From positions 1 to 46,632 of IMG/VR virus record IMGVR_UViG_3300025838_000056: 46,632 nucleotides of DNA. One strand, given 5' to 3'. Positions 8,722 through 19,500 of this stretch are shown piece after piece. Made by a program: the position numbers and the translations under genes. The first letter of the stretch is position 1; every line of letters starts with the position of its first letter. Below the pieces are notes generated by a model. That model had not been told where the DNA came from and did no database searches. It saw nothing but the letters and a program-made list of their open reading frames with translations. The DNA comes from a virus. Its lineage: Duplodnaviria; Caudoviricetes.

Positions 8722-8816
8722 TAGACGCGACTTGGCTATTTATAAGCTTTGTAACGGGTGCATTCTTTGGCCTGCTGCTAAAGCTATATTTTGATGAAAT
8801 GAATGACAGAGAATAG
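8718..8816 (+). CDS. small membrane protein (32 aa, not in ORF track)
   Basis: MIDATWLFISFVTGAFFGLLLKLYFDEMNDRE; ATGA overlap. Confidence 0.45.
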   Translation: MIDATWLFISFVTGAFFGLLLKLYFDEMNDRE

Positions 8817-8835
8817 CTAAAATATAGAGGGAAAA

Positions 8836-9093
8836 ATGATTAATCCAATCACATCTAAGGGTGTTTACGATATATCTGGAAATATATCTGGAAATGTTGA
8901 AAGAGCTGCTGATTCCATTTCTGAAACAAGCCAAGAGAAAGCATTTAAAGAGGGTTGGAACAAGGCAATAGAGTCGGCAGCGATGACAGCCAAGCAGTGG
9001 GGACCGCCAAAATGGTCATGGAGCGAAAGCTCGCTTATTTATAATGACGCTTGCGATGAAATATCAGAGGCCATTAAAGGATTGAAAAGATAA
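8836..9093 (+). CDS. hypothetical protein
   Basis: GAGG RBS; 'EGWNKAIESAA' common small phage-protein motif. Confidence 0.6.
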   Translation: MINPITSKGVYDISGNISGNVERAADSISETSQEKAFKEGWNKAIESAAMTAKQWGPPKWSWSESSLIYNDACDEISEAIKGLKR

Positions 9094-9851
9094 TGGGTAT
9101 AGACATTTCTGGATTTACCCCAGTTTTTAACGAGGCTAGGAAGGAAGTCGGCATGTCTTATGATAATTTCCGATCAGATCCTGCCTTTCATTTCCTTAGG
9201 CCAGTCAGAGAGCAAGTATACGCAGTTGATCACGAGGCATTAAAGATAGCATTAGACACAAATGTTGAGTTGGCTCTTAAATATTTAAGATTGAAAAAAC
9301 CTAATTTTGGATATGAAGGGATGGAGTATCACCCACTTGATATGATTGATTGCCGTCACATTATGATGAGCACAGTATTGTTCGACCACCTACCAAACGC
9401 CAACAGAGTTATTGAAATTGGTGGTGGGTTTGGCAATTGGGCTAGGTTAAACATTAAAATTCATGGGATTAGAACATGGTCTATTATAGATTTGGATTTT
9501 GTTCTTAACTTACAGAGGTGGTATTTAGAAAAAACTCTAAGTCCAGAAGAATTTTATAAAGTTTATTTTACAGACATAGATGAAATAAAAGAAATTATTC
9601 CGCTTTGGGATGATACGGCTGATGTTGCCATATGCTCGCATAGCTTAAGTGAGGTAAGCTTAGAATATTTTATGGGATATTTACCGTTATTGAAGAATAT
9701 TCCTTATATATTTTACGCTAGGCATCAGCATTACCCAAATCCAGATCTTTCAAAACAGAAATTAGATATTTTATTGGAGCATTTTAACATTACAAAGAAC
9801 ATTACCCACGAAAACGGGTTAGTAGACAACTTTATCCTGAAAAGAAAATAA
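9093..9851 (+). CDS. SAM-dependent methyltransferase, putative sugar O-methyltransferase
   Basis: Motif I 'VIEIGGGFGN', 'IIDL', 'HSLSE'. Confidence 0.75.
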   Translation: MGIDISGFTPVFNEARKEVGMSYDNFRSDPAFHFLRPVREQVYAVDHEALKIALDTNVELALKYLRLKKPNFGYEGMEYHPLDMIDCRHIMMSTVLFDHLPNANRVIEIGGGFGNWARLNIKIHGIRTWSIIDLDFVLNLQRWYLEKTLSPEEFYKVYFTDIDEIKEIIPLWDDTADVAICSHSLSEVSLEYFMGYLPLLKNIPYIFYARHQHYPNPDLSKQKLDILLEHFNITKNITHENGLVDNFILKRK

Positions 9852-9932
9852 AATGATCCCAATTAAAGTTATTGCGGTGTCTCTTTTTGCGTGTTTATTT
9901 GGGTCAATATTAACAATTTGGGAGATATTGAA

Positions 9933-10307
9933 GTGAGTAGAATATCCGATGCAATCACGGCTGCTGCCAAGGAATATGACATCCCTAGAGACCAGATTTT
10001 TGGGCTGAAAAGAGTAGGGACTAAAAAGGATATCCGCGTTTGTGCGGCTCGGTGGCGTGTAATCTATACACTCAGGAGCATGGAGAAGCCGTTGACCTAT
10101 CCCCAAATTGGCAAAGTATTAAACTTAGACCATACAACTTGTATTAATGCATATAAAAAGATGAAAGAAACAAACGGAACCTATTTTGACAATCAATTAA
10201 ATAACCTTAATAAGGGAACAATAAGGCTGCATAGAAATAGAAAGAAAAAATGGATACTTGCTGCGTTAAAACAACAATTTGATAAGGGAATATTTATAAA
10301 AGTTTGA
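9933..10307 (+). CDS. DnaA C-terminal-like HTH DNA-binding protein
   Basis: 'ARWRVIYTLR...LTYPQIGKVLNLDHTTCINA' matches the DnaA domain IV pattern; GTG start after GGAG. Confidence 0.8.
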   Translation: MSRISDAITAAAKEYDIPRDQIFGLKRVGTKKDIRVCAARWRVIYTLRSMEKPLTYPQIGKVLNLDHTTCINAYKKMKETNGTYFDNQLNNLNKGTIRLHRNRKKKWILAALKQQFDKGIFIKV

Positions 10308-10326
10308 TTTCGGAAGGAGTTTTAAC

Positions 10327-10608
10327 ATGATTACAAGGGAAGCGTTGCTAGACAAAATGTCTCAACAAATATCAGATGAATTAAGTGTCCCGAATAGCCC
10401 AATTATCACGAAGGCGTCACAAGTAGCATTTAGGGTAGTCGCCTTAAATGTGATTCTACCTCTACTAGATGTGCTAGAGTTTGATGCCAAGCCTGTATTT
10501 CGTGAGGTTACCATTAACCAAGTACGAGATTTGCTTACTGAACCGGAAACCCCACAACTCGACAGGGAAGAAAGGTTGAAATCTATGGAGGTATTAAATG
10601 ACTTTTGA
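10327..10608 (+). CDS. hypothetical protein
   Basis: AAGGAG RBS. Confidence 0.65.
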   Translation: MITREALLDKMSQQISDELSVPNSPIITKASQVAFRVVALNVILPLLDVLEFDAKPVFREVTINQVRDLLTEPETPQLDREERLKSMEVLNDF

Positions 10609-10705
10609 TAACTTCTTTATGATTATCCTCTTCATGCAGTTCTCAGTCGGCATTATTATCTCGGCGTGGGCTCTGACTATATTAAATAAGCGCGATCAAA
10701 ACTAA
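10598..10705 (+). CDS. small membrane protein (35 aa, not in ORF track)
   Basis: GGAGG RBS; MTFDNFFMIILFMQFSVGIIISAWALTILNKRDQN. Confidence 0.55.
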   Translation: MTFDNFFMIILFMQFSVGIIISAWALTILNKRDQN

Positions 10706-10717
10706 GGATTAAGTTAT

Positions 10718-11323
10718 ATGTCTAACCCGTTGTTTATTCCTGCCTATTGGCCGCTGTTTAAAACTCACGAACTGCGTCGTTTTGACTACTCAGCCCCAGA
10801 CGCACCGAGTTTTACCAGTGTTTTTAGCTATGATGTTGGCTCCGACTCAATGTTATATAACAATTACGGGGCGGACTTATCGTGGCTTAACAAGTGGTAT
10901 TACCAATACCGCACCGGATTTGGAATAGCCGAGTGGCGTGATGACTATCCTAACAATAAAAAGGTAGTTTTAAGCCCTCCGATTGGGTGGGGAGAGTTTC
11001 AAGCCATTGGATCGGTATATCGAAATCAGCCAAAGTTTGATTTCTTTAAATCCTCCCCTCCAGCAACGGGCTCTGGCGAGCAAATTGTTAGTTTTGAGCA
11101 GCTTCTTACCTCATATACGGCTGCTGGCGTTACGTATGACAACGTTTTGGTGTTTTCGTATCTGCAATCGTGGAACGGAAAGCCAGCTAGTGGAGCTCGT
11201 TACTGGATGCAGCTAGGTTTAGGACCGGTCGCTACGCAGTTTTTGACGCAAGATGCCAAAGATCCAACCAAGATTACCGAGACGGTGGTTTGGGAAGCTA
11301 AAGTAACAAGGGTAAATGCGTGA
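10718..11323 (+). CDS. hypothetical protein (aromatic, beta-rich)
   Basis: 201-aa ORF, TAAGGA RBS. Confidence 0.7.
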   Translation: MSNPLFIPAYWPLFKTHELRRFDYSAPDAPSFTSVFSYDVGSDSMLYNNYGADLSWLNKWYYQYRTGFGIAEWRDDYPNNKKVVLSPPIGWGEFQAIGSVYRNQPKFDFFKSSPPATGSGEQIVSFEQLLTSYTAAGVTYDNVLVFSYLQSWNGKPASGARYWMQLGLGPVATQFLTQDAKDPTKITETVVWEAKVTRVNA

Positions 11324-11525
11324 CAATAGAAGAAGCCATAGACGTTTGGTTCTTTACAGGGTTAATAATATTTTCTATCGCCGTCATATGGGTGTTACTG
11401 AATGCTGATTAAGGTTCTAGCCTTCATTGGTGCCTACGTGGTTATAAAGAAAGTTGTAAAACTTCTTTATGGTTTTCTCTTTGAGAACAAGCATCAGACA
11501 AAATACAAGAGGCATTGGCTGGACG

Positions 11526-11786
11526 ATGATTGATATACTTACCAGAATTAAAACAAAGCTTGGCAGAAGATCTTTTCTAAACCCATATGAAGATTTATTA
11601 ACAGACGCCAAGGATGAAATTATTGTTTTGCGGCGATCATTGAGAGAAGTGGTTGAGAAGGCTGCTAAAATAGTAGAAGAATACGAAGTTTATGACCCAT
11701 ATATCGTAGGCAAAATGAAAATTAAGGCCAGACGCGAGGAAATTGCCGCTCAAATCAGAGCGTTAGGTGCAGATTCTTCTAATTGA
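11526..11786 (+). CDS. hypothetical protein
   Basis: 'MIDILTRIK...DAKDEI..LR' related to the Ead-like paralogs. Confidence 0.6.
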   Translation: MIDILTRIKTKLGRRSFLNPYEDLLTDAKDEIIVLRRSLREVVEKAAKIVEEYEVYDPYIVGKMKIKARREEIAAQIRALGADSSN

Positions 11787-11858
11787 TAACACGACTTGAT
11801 TTTATTCAGTAAATTTAGTAGGATAATGCAGATTGCACAATTGTGAGATATATTCCCC

Positions 11859-12092
11859 ATGCACAATCTTGCGGATATAGAAGCTCGTTGTGACGAGATC
11901 AAAGTCCGTATAAATCAAATACTTAAAGAAATAAGCAAAGGCCCTGTTGAGGGCCAAAATGACGTGTGGACTTCTCTTACAGAAGAGATGGTTTGTCTTA
12001 TAGTCGAAGCTAAAGCATTAGACAGTAGTTTAATCAATGCTAGAGAAACAGCGGCACATCTTTTAATGTGTCCTTGTTCCGGCCCACATTAA
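11859..12092 (+). CDS. hypothetical protein
   Basis: 77-aa ORF upstream of portal. Confidence 0.55.
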   Translation: MHNLADIEARCDEIKVRINQILKEISKGPVEGQNDVWTSLTEEMVCLIVEAKALDSSLINARETAAHLLMCPCSGPH

Positions 12093-12161
12093 TTTTGTAT
12101 CATTACAACATCTTACGGCTCTTTAATAGCACTATTAAAATAGTGTGTCAAGGAATAAAAT

Positions 12162-14606
12162 ATGGAAGATCCTCGCCACCTCCGACTGCCTGAGCCAGAA
12201 GCTCCAGAGGCGGAAAAGGGAGAAACAATAGACCTAGGTGACTTAGATCTTATCAAGAAAAAGCCCGACGCTATTGTTGTTGACCTCCCAGACGGTGCTG
12301 TCACCATCAATTTCGGAGGATTATCTCTACCCAATGATGAAGAGGCGAGTGACCACGACGCTAACTTGGCTATGTATGTGGGTAGCGGCGTTCTCAGTGG
12401 CGTTTCAGATGAATTGCTAAGGCTTATACAGGACGACATCACCCGCCAAGAACAACGGTTGCAAGACGTCGTGAGAGGTATTGACCTCTTAGGCATTAAG
12501 CTCGAAGAGCCAAGGTCTGAACCAAATGACGAAGGCATATCGGTTGTTAGGCACCCTCTCTTACTTGAATCCGTTCTTAGGTTCCAAGCGAACGCTCGTG
12601 GAGAGATGCTCCCCGCAGACGGTCCGGTTAAGGTTTCGAATGAGGGTGATGGCACGCAGCAATTGGACGAAGAAGCGGATCAACTCGAGCAAGACTTCAA
12701 CCATTACCTCACGGTCGGTGCTCCTGAGTATTACCCCGATACGGATCGGATGTTCTTCTCACTGGGACATGGCGGAGAGGCTTATAAAAAAGTATATTGG
12801 CATCCACTCAAAAGACGTCCTGTCTCAGAAACGATTGATCGTAAGGACATTATACTCTCAGACGGTGCGGTATCACTTGAGGCTTGTGGCCGGATCACGC
12901 ATCGCTCAAGAATGCGTCCAAGCATCGTCAAGCAAATGCAGCTCGCGGGTGCGTGGCGGGATATCGCGTTAAGTAATGGCGTTACGATGCCCGACCTTAA
13001 TGTTGTTGATCGCAAGCTAGACGATATTGCAGGCTTAATGCCTAAGATGAATATCGGCCTAGAGGATAGTGACCGAGAGATATACGAGTGTTATTGTGAA
13101 CTTGATCTTAATGGTTTTGAGCACACAGAAGACGGCGAGAAAACGGGCCTACCGCTTCCATACAGAGTAACGATTGATAAGGATAGCCGCCAGATCCTTG
13201 AGATAAGACGCTGGTGGGCAGAGGGGGATAAAAGCTATGTCCGCCAAGAAGTCTTTGTTGAATACGTTTTCGTGCCAGCTTTCCCTGGGGTTAATCTTGG
13301 GTTGCTTCATATTCTGGGAAACGCTAGTCGCGCTCTTACTGCGGCTTGGCGAATTGCTCTTGATAATGGCATGTTGGCTAATTTCCCAGGCGGCATTATG
13401 GCTCGATCCACAGGTAAGCAACAGACGACCAGCATCCGAGTTGGCCCAGGCCAGGTTGCGCCTATGGATGTTGATGGCGTCCCGCTTAACCAAGCGTTTA
13501 TGCCCCTCCCCTACAGAGATGTAACAAGCGGGTTTATGAGCATCATTCAAGACGTAGAGCAAACATCTCAACGTCTGGCAGGAACCGCAGAGACGGCTGT
13601 CGGAGAGGGGCGTAGTGACGCTCCGGTAGGTACGACGATAGCTCTTATTGACCAAGCCCAAAAAGTTATTAACGCCGTCCACAAGCGTATGCACTCTGCC
13701 CAGCAAAAAGAGTTCAGCCTATTAAAAGATCTTTTCCGCCGAGACCCAGAGGCTATTTGGCGTAACAATAAAAATCCAAATTTCGAGGGTGATAAGCAGA
13801 ACCTTCTAGCAGCATTGAATAATAACGACATTGTTCCAAAGGCGGACCCTAACACGGCAAGCCAGTCAATGCGTATTCAAAAAGCCATAGCTATCTATAC
13901 ACTTGCACAGCAAAATCCATCTGCATTTAATGAGAAAGCTGTATACACCAAAATATTCTCAATGATTGGCATAGACGACGCTCAATATCTATTTAATGAA
14001 TCTCAGCCAGCTCCTCCACAGCCAGATCCGGTCCAAGAAATAAACGCTCAGGCTCAGATGGTTGCGGCTCAAGCCAAGATGATGGATGCTCAAACCAAGG
14101 CTCAGACAGCCCAAGTGGAAAGCGGCATTAAGGCTGCTGGAATTAAAACCAAAAACCTTGAAGCTATGACGAAGCAGCAAGCTGCGCAAACAGATGCGCA
14201 ACTGAGTGCTATGGACCAGCAAAATAAACTTCGCCTAGAGCACATGAAGTTGCAGCAGTCGTCGATTGTTCACGGAGACAAAGCAAGACAGGCTGACCGC
14301 CACAAGGCTGCGGAAATTAGTGCCAAAGAACGCATGAAGGCTAACGACCACATGCATCAGCTTAATCATCAAGAAAGACAGAATGCCCACGAAAACAATA
14401 TGAACGGTTTAGATTTGATGGCCGCCGTACGTGAGCATAACGCTAACTTGAATGAAGCTCGGCGCGAGCAAGAAACGCAGATTATCCATGACAGAAATCA
14501 AGAGTCTGCTCATAGGCAAAATGAATTAGAAATGGAAAAGATGCGTATCAACCGCGATATTTTAGATCGCTTGATGGCAGCTCCAAAGGGTGAGTCAGAG
14601 AGATGA
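12162..14606 (+). CDS. portal protein with long C-terminal coiled-coil
   Basis: 'HPLLLESVLRFQA', 'YKKVYW', 'APVGTTIALI' pattern of podovirus (P22-like) portals; size and position. Confidence 0.85.
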   Translation: MEDPRHLRLPEPEAPEAEKGETIDLGDLDLIKKKPDAIVVDLPDGAVTINFGGLSLPNDEEASDHDANLAMYVGSGVLSGVSDELLRLIQDDITRQEQRLQDVVRGIDLLGIKLEEPRSEPNDEGISVVRHPLLLESVLRFQANARGEMLPADGPVKVSNEGDGTQQLDEEADQLEQDFNHYLTVGAPEYYPDTDRMFFSLGHGGEAYKKVYWHPLKRRPVSETIDRKDIILSDGAVSLEACGRITHRSRMRPSIVKQMQLAGAWRDIALSNGVTMPDLNVVDRKLDDIAGLMPKMNIGLEDSDREIYECYCELDLNGFEHTEDGEKTGLPLPYRVTIDKDSRQILEIRRWWAEGDKSYVRQEVFVEYVFVPAFPGVNLGLLHILGNASRALTAAWRIALDNGMLANFPGGIMARSTGKQQTTSIRVGPGQVAPMDVDGVPLNQAFMPLPYRDVTSGFMSIIQDVEQTSQRLAGTAETAVGEGRSDAPVGTTIALIDQAQKVINAVHKRMHSAQQKEFSLLKDLFRRDPEAIWRNNKNPNFEGDKQNLLAALNNNDIVPKADPNTASQSMRIQKAIAIYTLAQQNPSAFNEKAVYTKIFSMIGIDDAQYLFNESQPAPPQPDPVQEINAQAQMVAAQAKMMDAQTKAQTAQVESGIKAAGIKTKNLEAMTKQQAAQTDAQLSAMDQQNKLRLEHMKLQQSSIVHGDKARQADRHKAAEISAKERMKANDHMHQLNHQERQNAHENNMNGLDLMAAVREHNANLNEARREQETQIIHDRNQESAHRQNELEMEKMRINRDILDRLMAAPKGESER

Positions 14607-16570
14607 CCAAGGGCTTTATAAAAAAAGCACTTCATATATCTCTTCACGCCCCTAAGAAGCCACGCGCACTCAAACTCCTTAAACTCGCAACACCCGCTGA
14701 TCTTCCGCAGATGAACGAGAAGATCAAAGAGGCACCATTTGCAGCTGGATGGAGACATAATTTTGACGATGGTGGGTTTATTCCTACACCTCCACGTCGC
14801 CCAGTAGAGCTATCAGGTGACGATGCATCACGTGCATTTCCCGCTATATGGAAGAATGTTAATCCTATTGTAAAATACAATATGGGTCGTCAGGGTGGTT
14901 ATGCTGAGACATACCCACCAAGAGAGACAGGCGACCCTAAAAACCCAAAATCAATACGACCTAAAGAGTTTGGTAAAGCTGGCCCGAATGCACGTACGGG
15001 TATTGAGGTATATCGCCCAGAAATGACTGGATCGGATTTGGCATTAGAACTTTTACATGCTGATCCAAGAGCTATCTCTACGCGAAATACACTTCTACCA
15101 ACAATGTCTCCAGAGCAATTGGCTGAGTTGCGTAATAGAAATGATTATAAATATTCTATTGAGGAAAAATTACCTCAGAAAAAAGCCTATGAAAATGCAA
15201 TGGATGCTGCGGCAAGATCATATTTAGCAAACAAACGAGACCTCCCTCATAATCAAGGCCCCGCAAGAGATATTGATTACATGAATTACACTGATGAGCA
15301 AAAGAAGCATCTAGATAATCTATATAATTACATGATGACGGGTGAATATGCTCGCGGTGGAGAGGTGTGGGATAAACCAAGACCAAAAGATTTAGGGAAG
15401 CCACACCATCTATCTTCAAAACAAAAAGCAAGCGCCAAGGCGGCTGCAAAAGCTGCGGGAAGACCGTATCCAAACCTTATTGATAACATGCGGGCTGCTA
15501 GAGAAGATGGAGGGTCCGTATATAACGCGTTAAGATTAGCAAATAACATTAATAGAAAAAATGGCGGACATGCTCCATACGGGGTTATAGATTATGGGGA
15601 TAAAATTATTATTGGGTCTCCTCATGGCGATCCTATAGAACTGTCCGACGACATAAAGAAAAGAGTTAAAGAAATCGCATCTAAGCACGGAGCTTGGTAT
15701 GAAGGTGATGGAAAAGATAATTCTGCTAATCATTCATTGTTTGGAGATAAAAAGGTATATAAAGGTTCTTGGGATGATGCTTCTGCACAAAATATAAGAG
15801 GTTATCCAACGGAATACCTTGCTCCGTTATTTAGTAATGTTGATGTGAATAAGCAGCACGAAACATTTGAGAACCCTCGACAAACTATATTTGATAGCCT
15901 TTTATCTAATCAAGCAAAGGCTCGTTATTTTAAAGACAGATCATACGATAAAGAAACCTTAGCAAATTTTCTTAAGCAGGGAAGTGAAAAAGACACCGAT
16001 CTTCTGCGTATGGCTGCATCTCCTGCAACAAAAGATAACTTGCAAAAGTTTTTTTCGACGGGTGAAAAATTAATGTGGCCAGATAACTGGCAAGAATATC
16101 CAAATAATTTAGGTAAAATAGCTAAAAAGTTTGAAGATTCTAGAAATAATTTTTTACACAACGCTCCCGCAGGAGTTTACATAACAGGCGCTGGTCATAT
16201 ACCTGAACTTCAAAAATCTTATAAAGATTTGAATGTTATTGGCGGAGAACGTGCGGGATACGCAAAGGGCGGAGGAGCATGGACCCGTAAGGAAGGTAAA
16301 AACCCAAATGGCGGATTAAACGCCAAGGGACGTGCTTCTTTAAAAGCTGAAGGTCATGACATTAAGCCACCACAACCAGAGGGTGGCGCAAGAAGAGATA
16401 GCTTTTGTGCTAGAATGAAAGGCATGAAAGCAAAGCTAACATCTAAAGAGACTGCAAACGACCCTAATAGTCGTATTAATAAGTCTCTTAGGGCTTGGAA
16501 TTGTCATGCGGATGGCGGCGTTATTACGGATGCCTTACGCCTAGCACACAAAATACAGCGGAAGAAATGA
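14603..16570 (+). CDS. modular (putative poly)protein of unrelated domains separated by GG motifs; last module DUF6321-like
   Basis: Six xxxGG junctions; module 'AWTRKEGKNPNGGLNAKGR...SFCARM...SLRAWNC' recalled as a stand-alone small phage protein. Confidence 0.75.
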   Translation: MTKGFIKKALHISLHAPKKPRALKLLKLATPADLPQMNEKIKEAPFAAGWRHNFDDGGFIPTPPRRPVELSGDDASRAFPAIWKNVNPIVKYNMGRQGGYAETYPPRETGDPKNPKSIRPKEFGKAGPNARTGIEVYRPEMTGSDLALELLHADPRAISTRNTLLPTMSPEQLAELRNRNDYKYSIEEKLPQKKAYENAMDAAARSYLANKRDLPHNQGPARDIDYMNYTDEQKKHLDNLYNYMMTGEYARGGEVWDKPRPKDLGKPHHLSSKQKASAKAAAKAAGRPYPNLIDNMRAAREDGGSVYNALRLANNINRKNGGHAPYGVIDYGDKIIIGSPHGDPIELSDDIKKRVKEIASKHGAWYEGDGKDNSANHSLFGDKKVYKGSWDDASAQNIRGYPTEYLAPLFSNVDVNKQHETFENPRQTIFDSLLSNQAKARYFKDRSYDKETLANFLKQGSEKDTDLLRMAASPATKDNLQKFFSTGEKLMWPDNWQEYPNNLGKIAKKFEDSRNNFLHNAPAGVYITGAGHIPELQKSYKDLNVIGGERAGYAKGGGAWTRKEGKNPNGGLNAKGRASLKAEGHDIKPPQPEGGARRDSFCARMKGMKAKLTSKETANDPNSRINKSLRAWNCHADGGVITDALRLAHKIQRKK

Positions 16571-19500
16571 CCATGAGCGATTTAATCAAAAAGGCATTAA
16601 AAGTTTCTTCCGGCAACATTCCAAGCGTAAAAGGAATCGCGGGTATACCCCACATTCATGGATACCGTGGGTCTAAAAAAATATCTGTATTGGACTATCC
16701 AAATCCAAATACTAAACTACGTCAGCATTTTGCGGCTGGGGGTAACCCAACATGTGTAGTCACATGTGACCCGAATAATCAGACATCTGGCCCATCGGGC
16801 GTTAACGCGGTAACAATTAACCCAATAGGTGGTCTTACTAATCCAACAGATCTTACCAAAGGTACTGGTATTGCAATACCAACAACAGCAAATCCAAATA
16901 ACTACGGACAATTTGTAAATTCATTATATAAAGCGGATTTCAATCGTGCAGCCGACACTGGCGGATCAAATTACTGGGCACAGCAATTACAATCTGGAGC
17001 AGCAACACCACAGCAGGTAGCACAAGCCTTTGCCGCTTCACAAGAATCCCAAAGCATGAAATCTGCGGGTGAAACTCCATCAACTTTTATTAATCCTACA
17101 GATTTTTCAAAACTTGATCTCGCCTCGATGGGTATTACAGACCCCACGATGGCTGGTATATCTAATCTAGGGCCGTCCCCCGTGACGCCTGCGGATACGA
17201 CGGGAGCTGGAACAAGTGATACAACGCCAGCAACAGACGGAAGTTTAACAACAACAGGTAATCCATTAAGTCCAAGTGACTACCAGAATTTTCTAACAAG
17301 TCTTTATCAGCAAGATCTAGGTCGCGCAGCAGACGTTGGTGGTCAGCAATATTGGCTTAATCAATTACAGACAGGAGCCCTAACCCCTGACCAAGTCGCA
17401 GCTAATTTTGCGTCGTCATCGGAAGCAGGCAATTACGACACAACTTCCATTAACAACATGATTACGAACCTGACAGGCGGTCAGTTGGGTTCTGCCGATA
17501 CTCAAGCTCTTGTCAATCAAATTCAATCCGGCAACATGAGTTTAAGCGATGTTGCAAGTTATCTTGGCCAGACTGCACAGGGGGCACAAGGCTATTGGAA
17601 TAGCTATAACGGAGTTAATTTAGATACATCTGCACCTACAAATACTGTAGGCCCAAATGATTTTGCGTCTGGAACAAATGTCAGCGGAAATGTTTCTAAC
17701 GCAAGTATTATTGACCCGTCAATAACAGCTCTTCCTGCATCTGTTAAAAGCAATATCGCAGATATGGGAAATCTTGGTTTTTCTCCGTCTGCCATTTCAA
17801 GTCTGTTATCTGGTCAAGGGTATAATATACCAGCGAATGCCATACAGAGTTCAATGTTTGGCCTGATTTCATCTCCAGCAACACCGGCTGCGTCAACAGG
17901 ATCTAGTTCTAGTGAAGGAACGCCAAGCACTGGCGGCAGTTTAAGCACGACCGGAACGCCGATAAGCACCGGAACGTATACAAACCCAACAACTAATGTC
18001 AGCACTGGCGTTCCGAACGCCAGTATGATTGACGCGTCTATTCAATCATTACCGTCTAATGCCCAGCAAGCAATTGTAGACATGAGTAGTTATGGCTATT
18101 CGCCGTCTACAATTTCTACTGTATTAAGCTCTCAAGGATATAATATTCCAGCAAATGCTATTCAATCTTCTTTATATGGGCTGGTTACGCAAAGTGGGAA
18201 TAATCTTATAACGGCAAATGATTTTGCTGGTAATATTGCATATCAAAAAGGTTTAGGTCAAACAACTTCTGGAATACCTACAGATCCGGCGTCACAAAAT
18301 ATTGTGCCGCTAAGTCAGCCAACAACGATGGTTGATGAGCCGACGACACCTAATGTCATTCCAAATGTGATGCAGCCACAGCAAACGCTGCCAGCTATTA
18401 ACATTTCGGGTAAGCCTGCGGCTATAGTTGATCAGCCAGCATCACCTAGTGGCATTCCAAATGTTATGCAGCCGGAAACACCGGCTCCTGCACCTAGTTT
18501 AATAGATCAAATTTCAGCGGGCATAAAAAATATTACGCAGCCTGTAACAAATACTATTCAGAACACAGGACAACAAGTAGTCGATGCAATTCAGGGAAAT
18601 GGTCAGGCAGCACCATCATCTGCGGATTATGGTTATCAAGGTTTTATGGATACATTAAACAGTGGGTTAAAATCTGCTGGAAATAATATTGGCGCAAAAA
18701 TAGATGCCGTCCAAAACGCTATACAAGTTCCACTAACTGCTGCTCAACAGGCAGCATTGGGGCTAATAGCAACAAATGAAAGCGGCGGCAATTACAATGT
18801 TATTCTAGGAGATCCGACTACACCCAATGGGGCAGCGCAAGGAGATATTGCAAAATCTGTTGGGTATACGGGCAATTTAGAGAATATGACGCTTTCGCAA
18901 ATTAATGCGATGCAAACAAAGATGTTAAAATCTCCAGCAAACAATAAAAATTCATCTGCCATAGGAGCGTATCAATTTACACAGCAAAATCTTTTTGGAT
19001 CTAAAGGAAAACCAGGGCAACTGGCACAACTTGGCATTACGCCAGATATGTATGACTCAATTAAGTTTACCCCTGCTCTCCAAGAAAAACTTGCCGCAAA
19101 TACTGCAATAGAAAAAAGAGGCATGAATTTATCTAACCCATCCTCTTGGGGGAAGGGAGCAAAGCAAGAATGGACGTCGGTAGGAAAATCACTAGCAGCG
19201 CCAGGGGCTATACAAAAGGTTCGCGCAGCAGGAAGTGGCCCTTCTCAAACAGTTGGCGGTCAACCGGCACAAGCATATAAACCAATCGTTCCTGTTAACG
19301 CTCCTATAGTGCCAAGCACCGTAACAAACGATCCAAACGCGGCGGCGGATGCGCTAAAAAATATAAATACGACTGCTGGAAATCAGATAATCCAGCAGAC
19401 GCAGGGATCTACGGCGCAAACTGGTTTGCCGACAAGCAATGTTTCAGGATCAGATGCACAAGGCACTCTAGAATCTTTACCCAGTGTAAATTCTGGTTCT

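Noticed and set aside
12122-12139. Palindrome TTTAATAGCACTATTAAA upstream of the portal gene as a fifth GCGCU hairpin
   Set aside because: Loop differs and stem is AT-only; may be regulatory but is not the same motif
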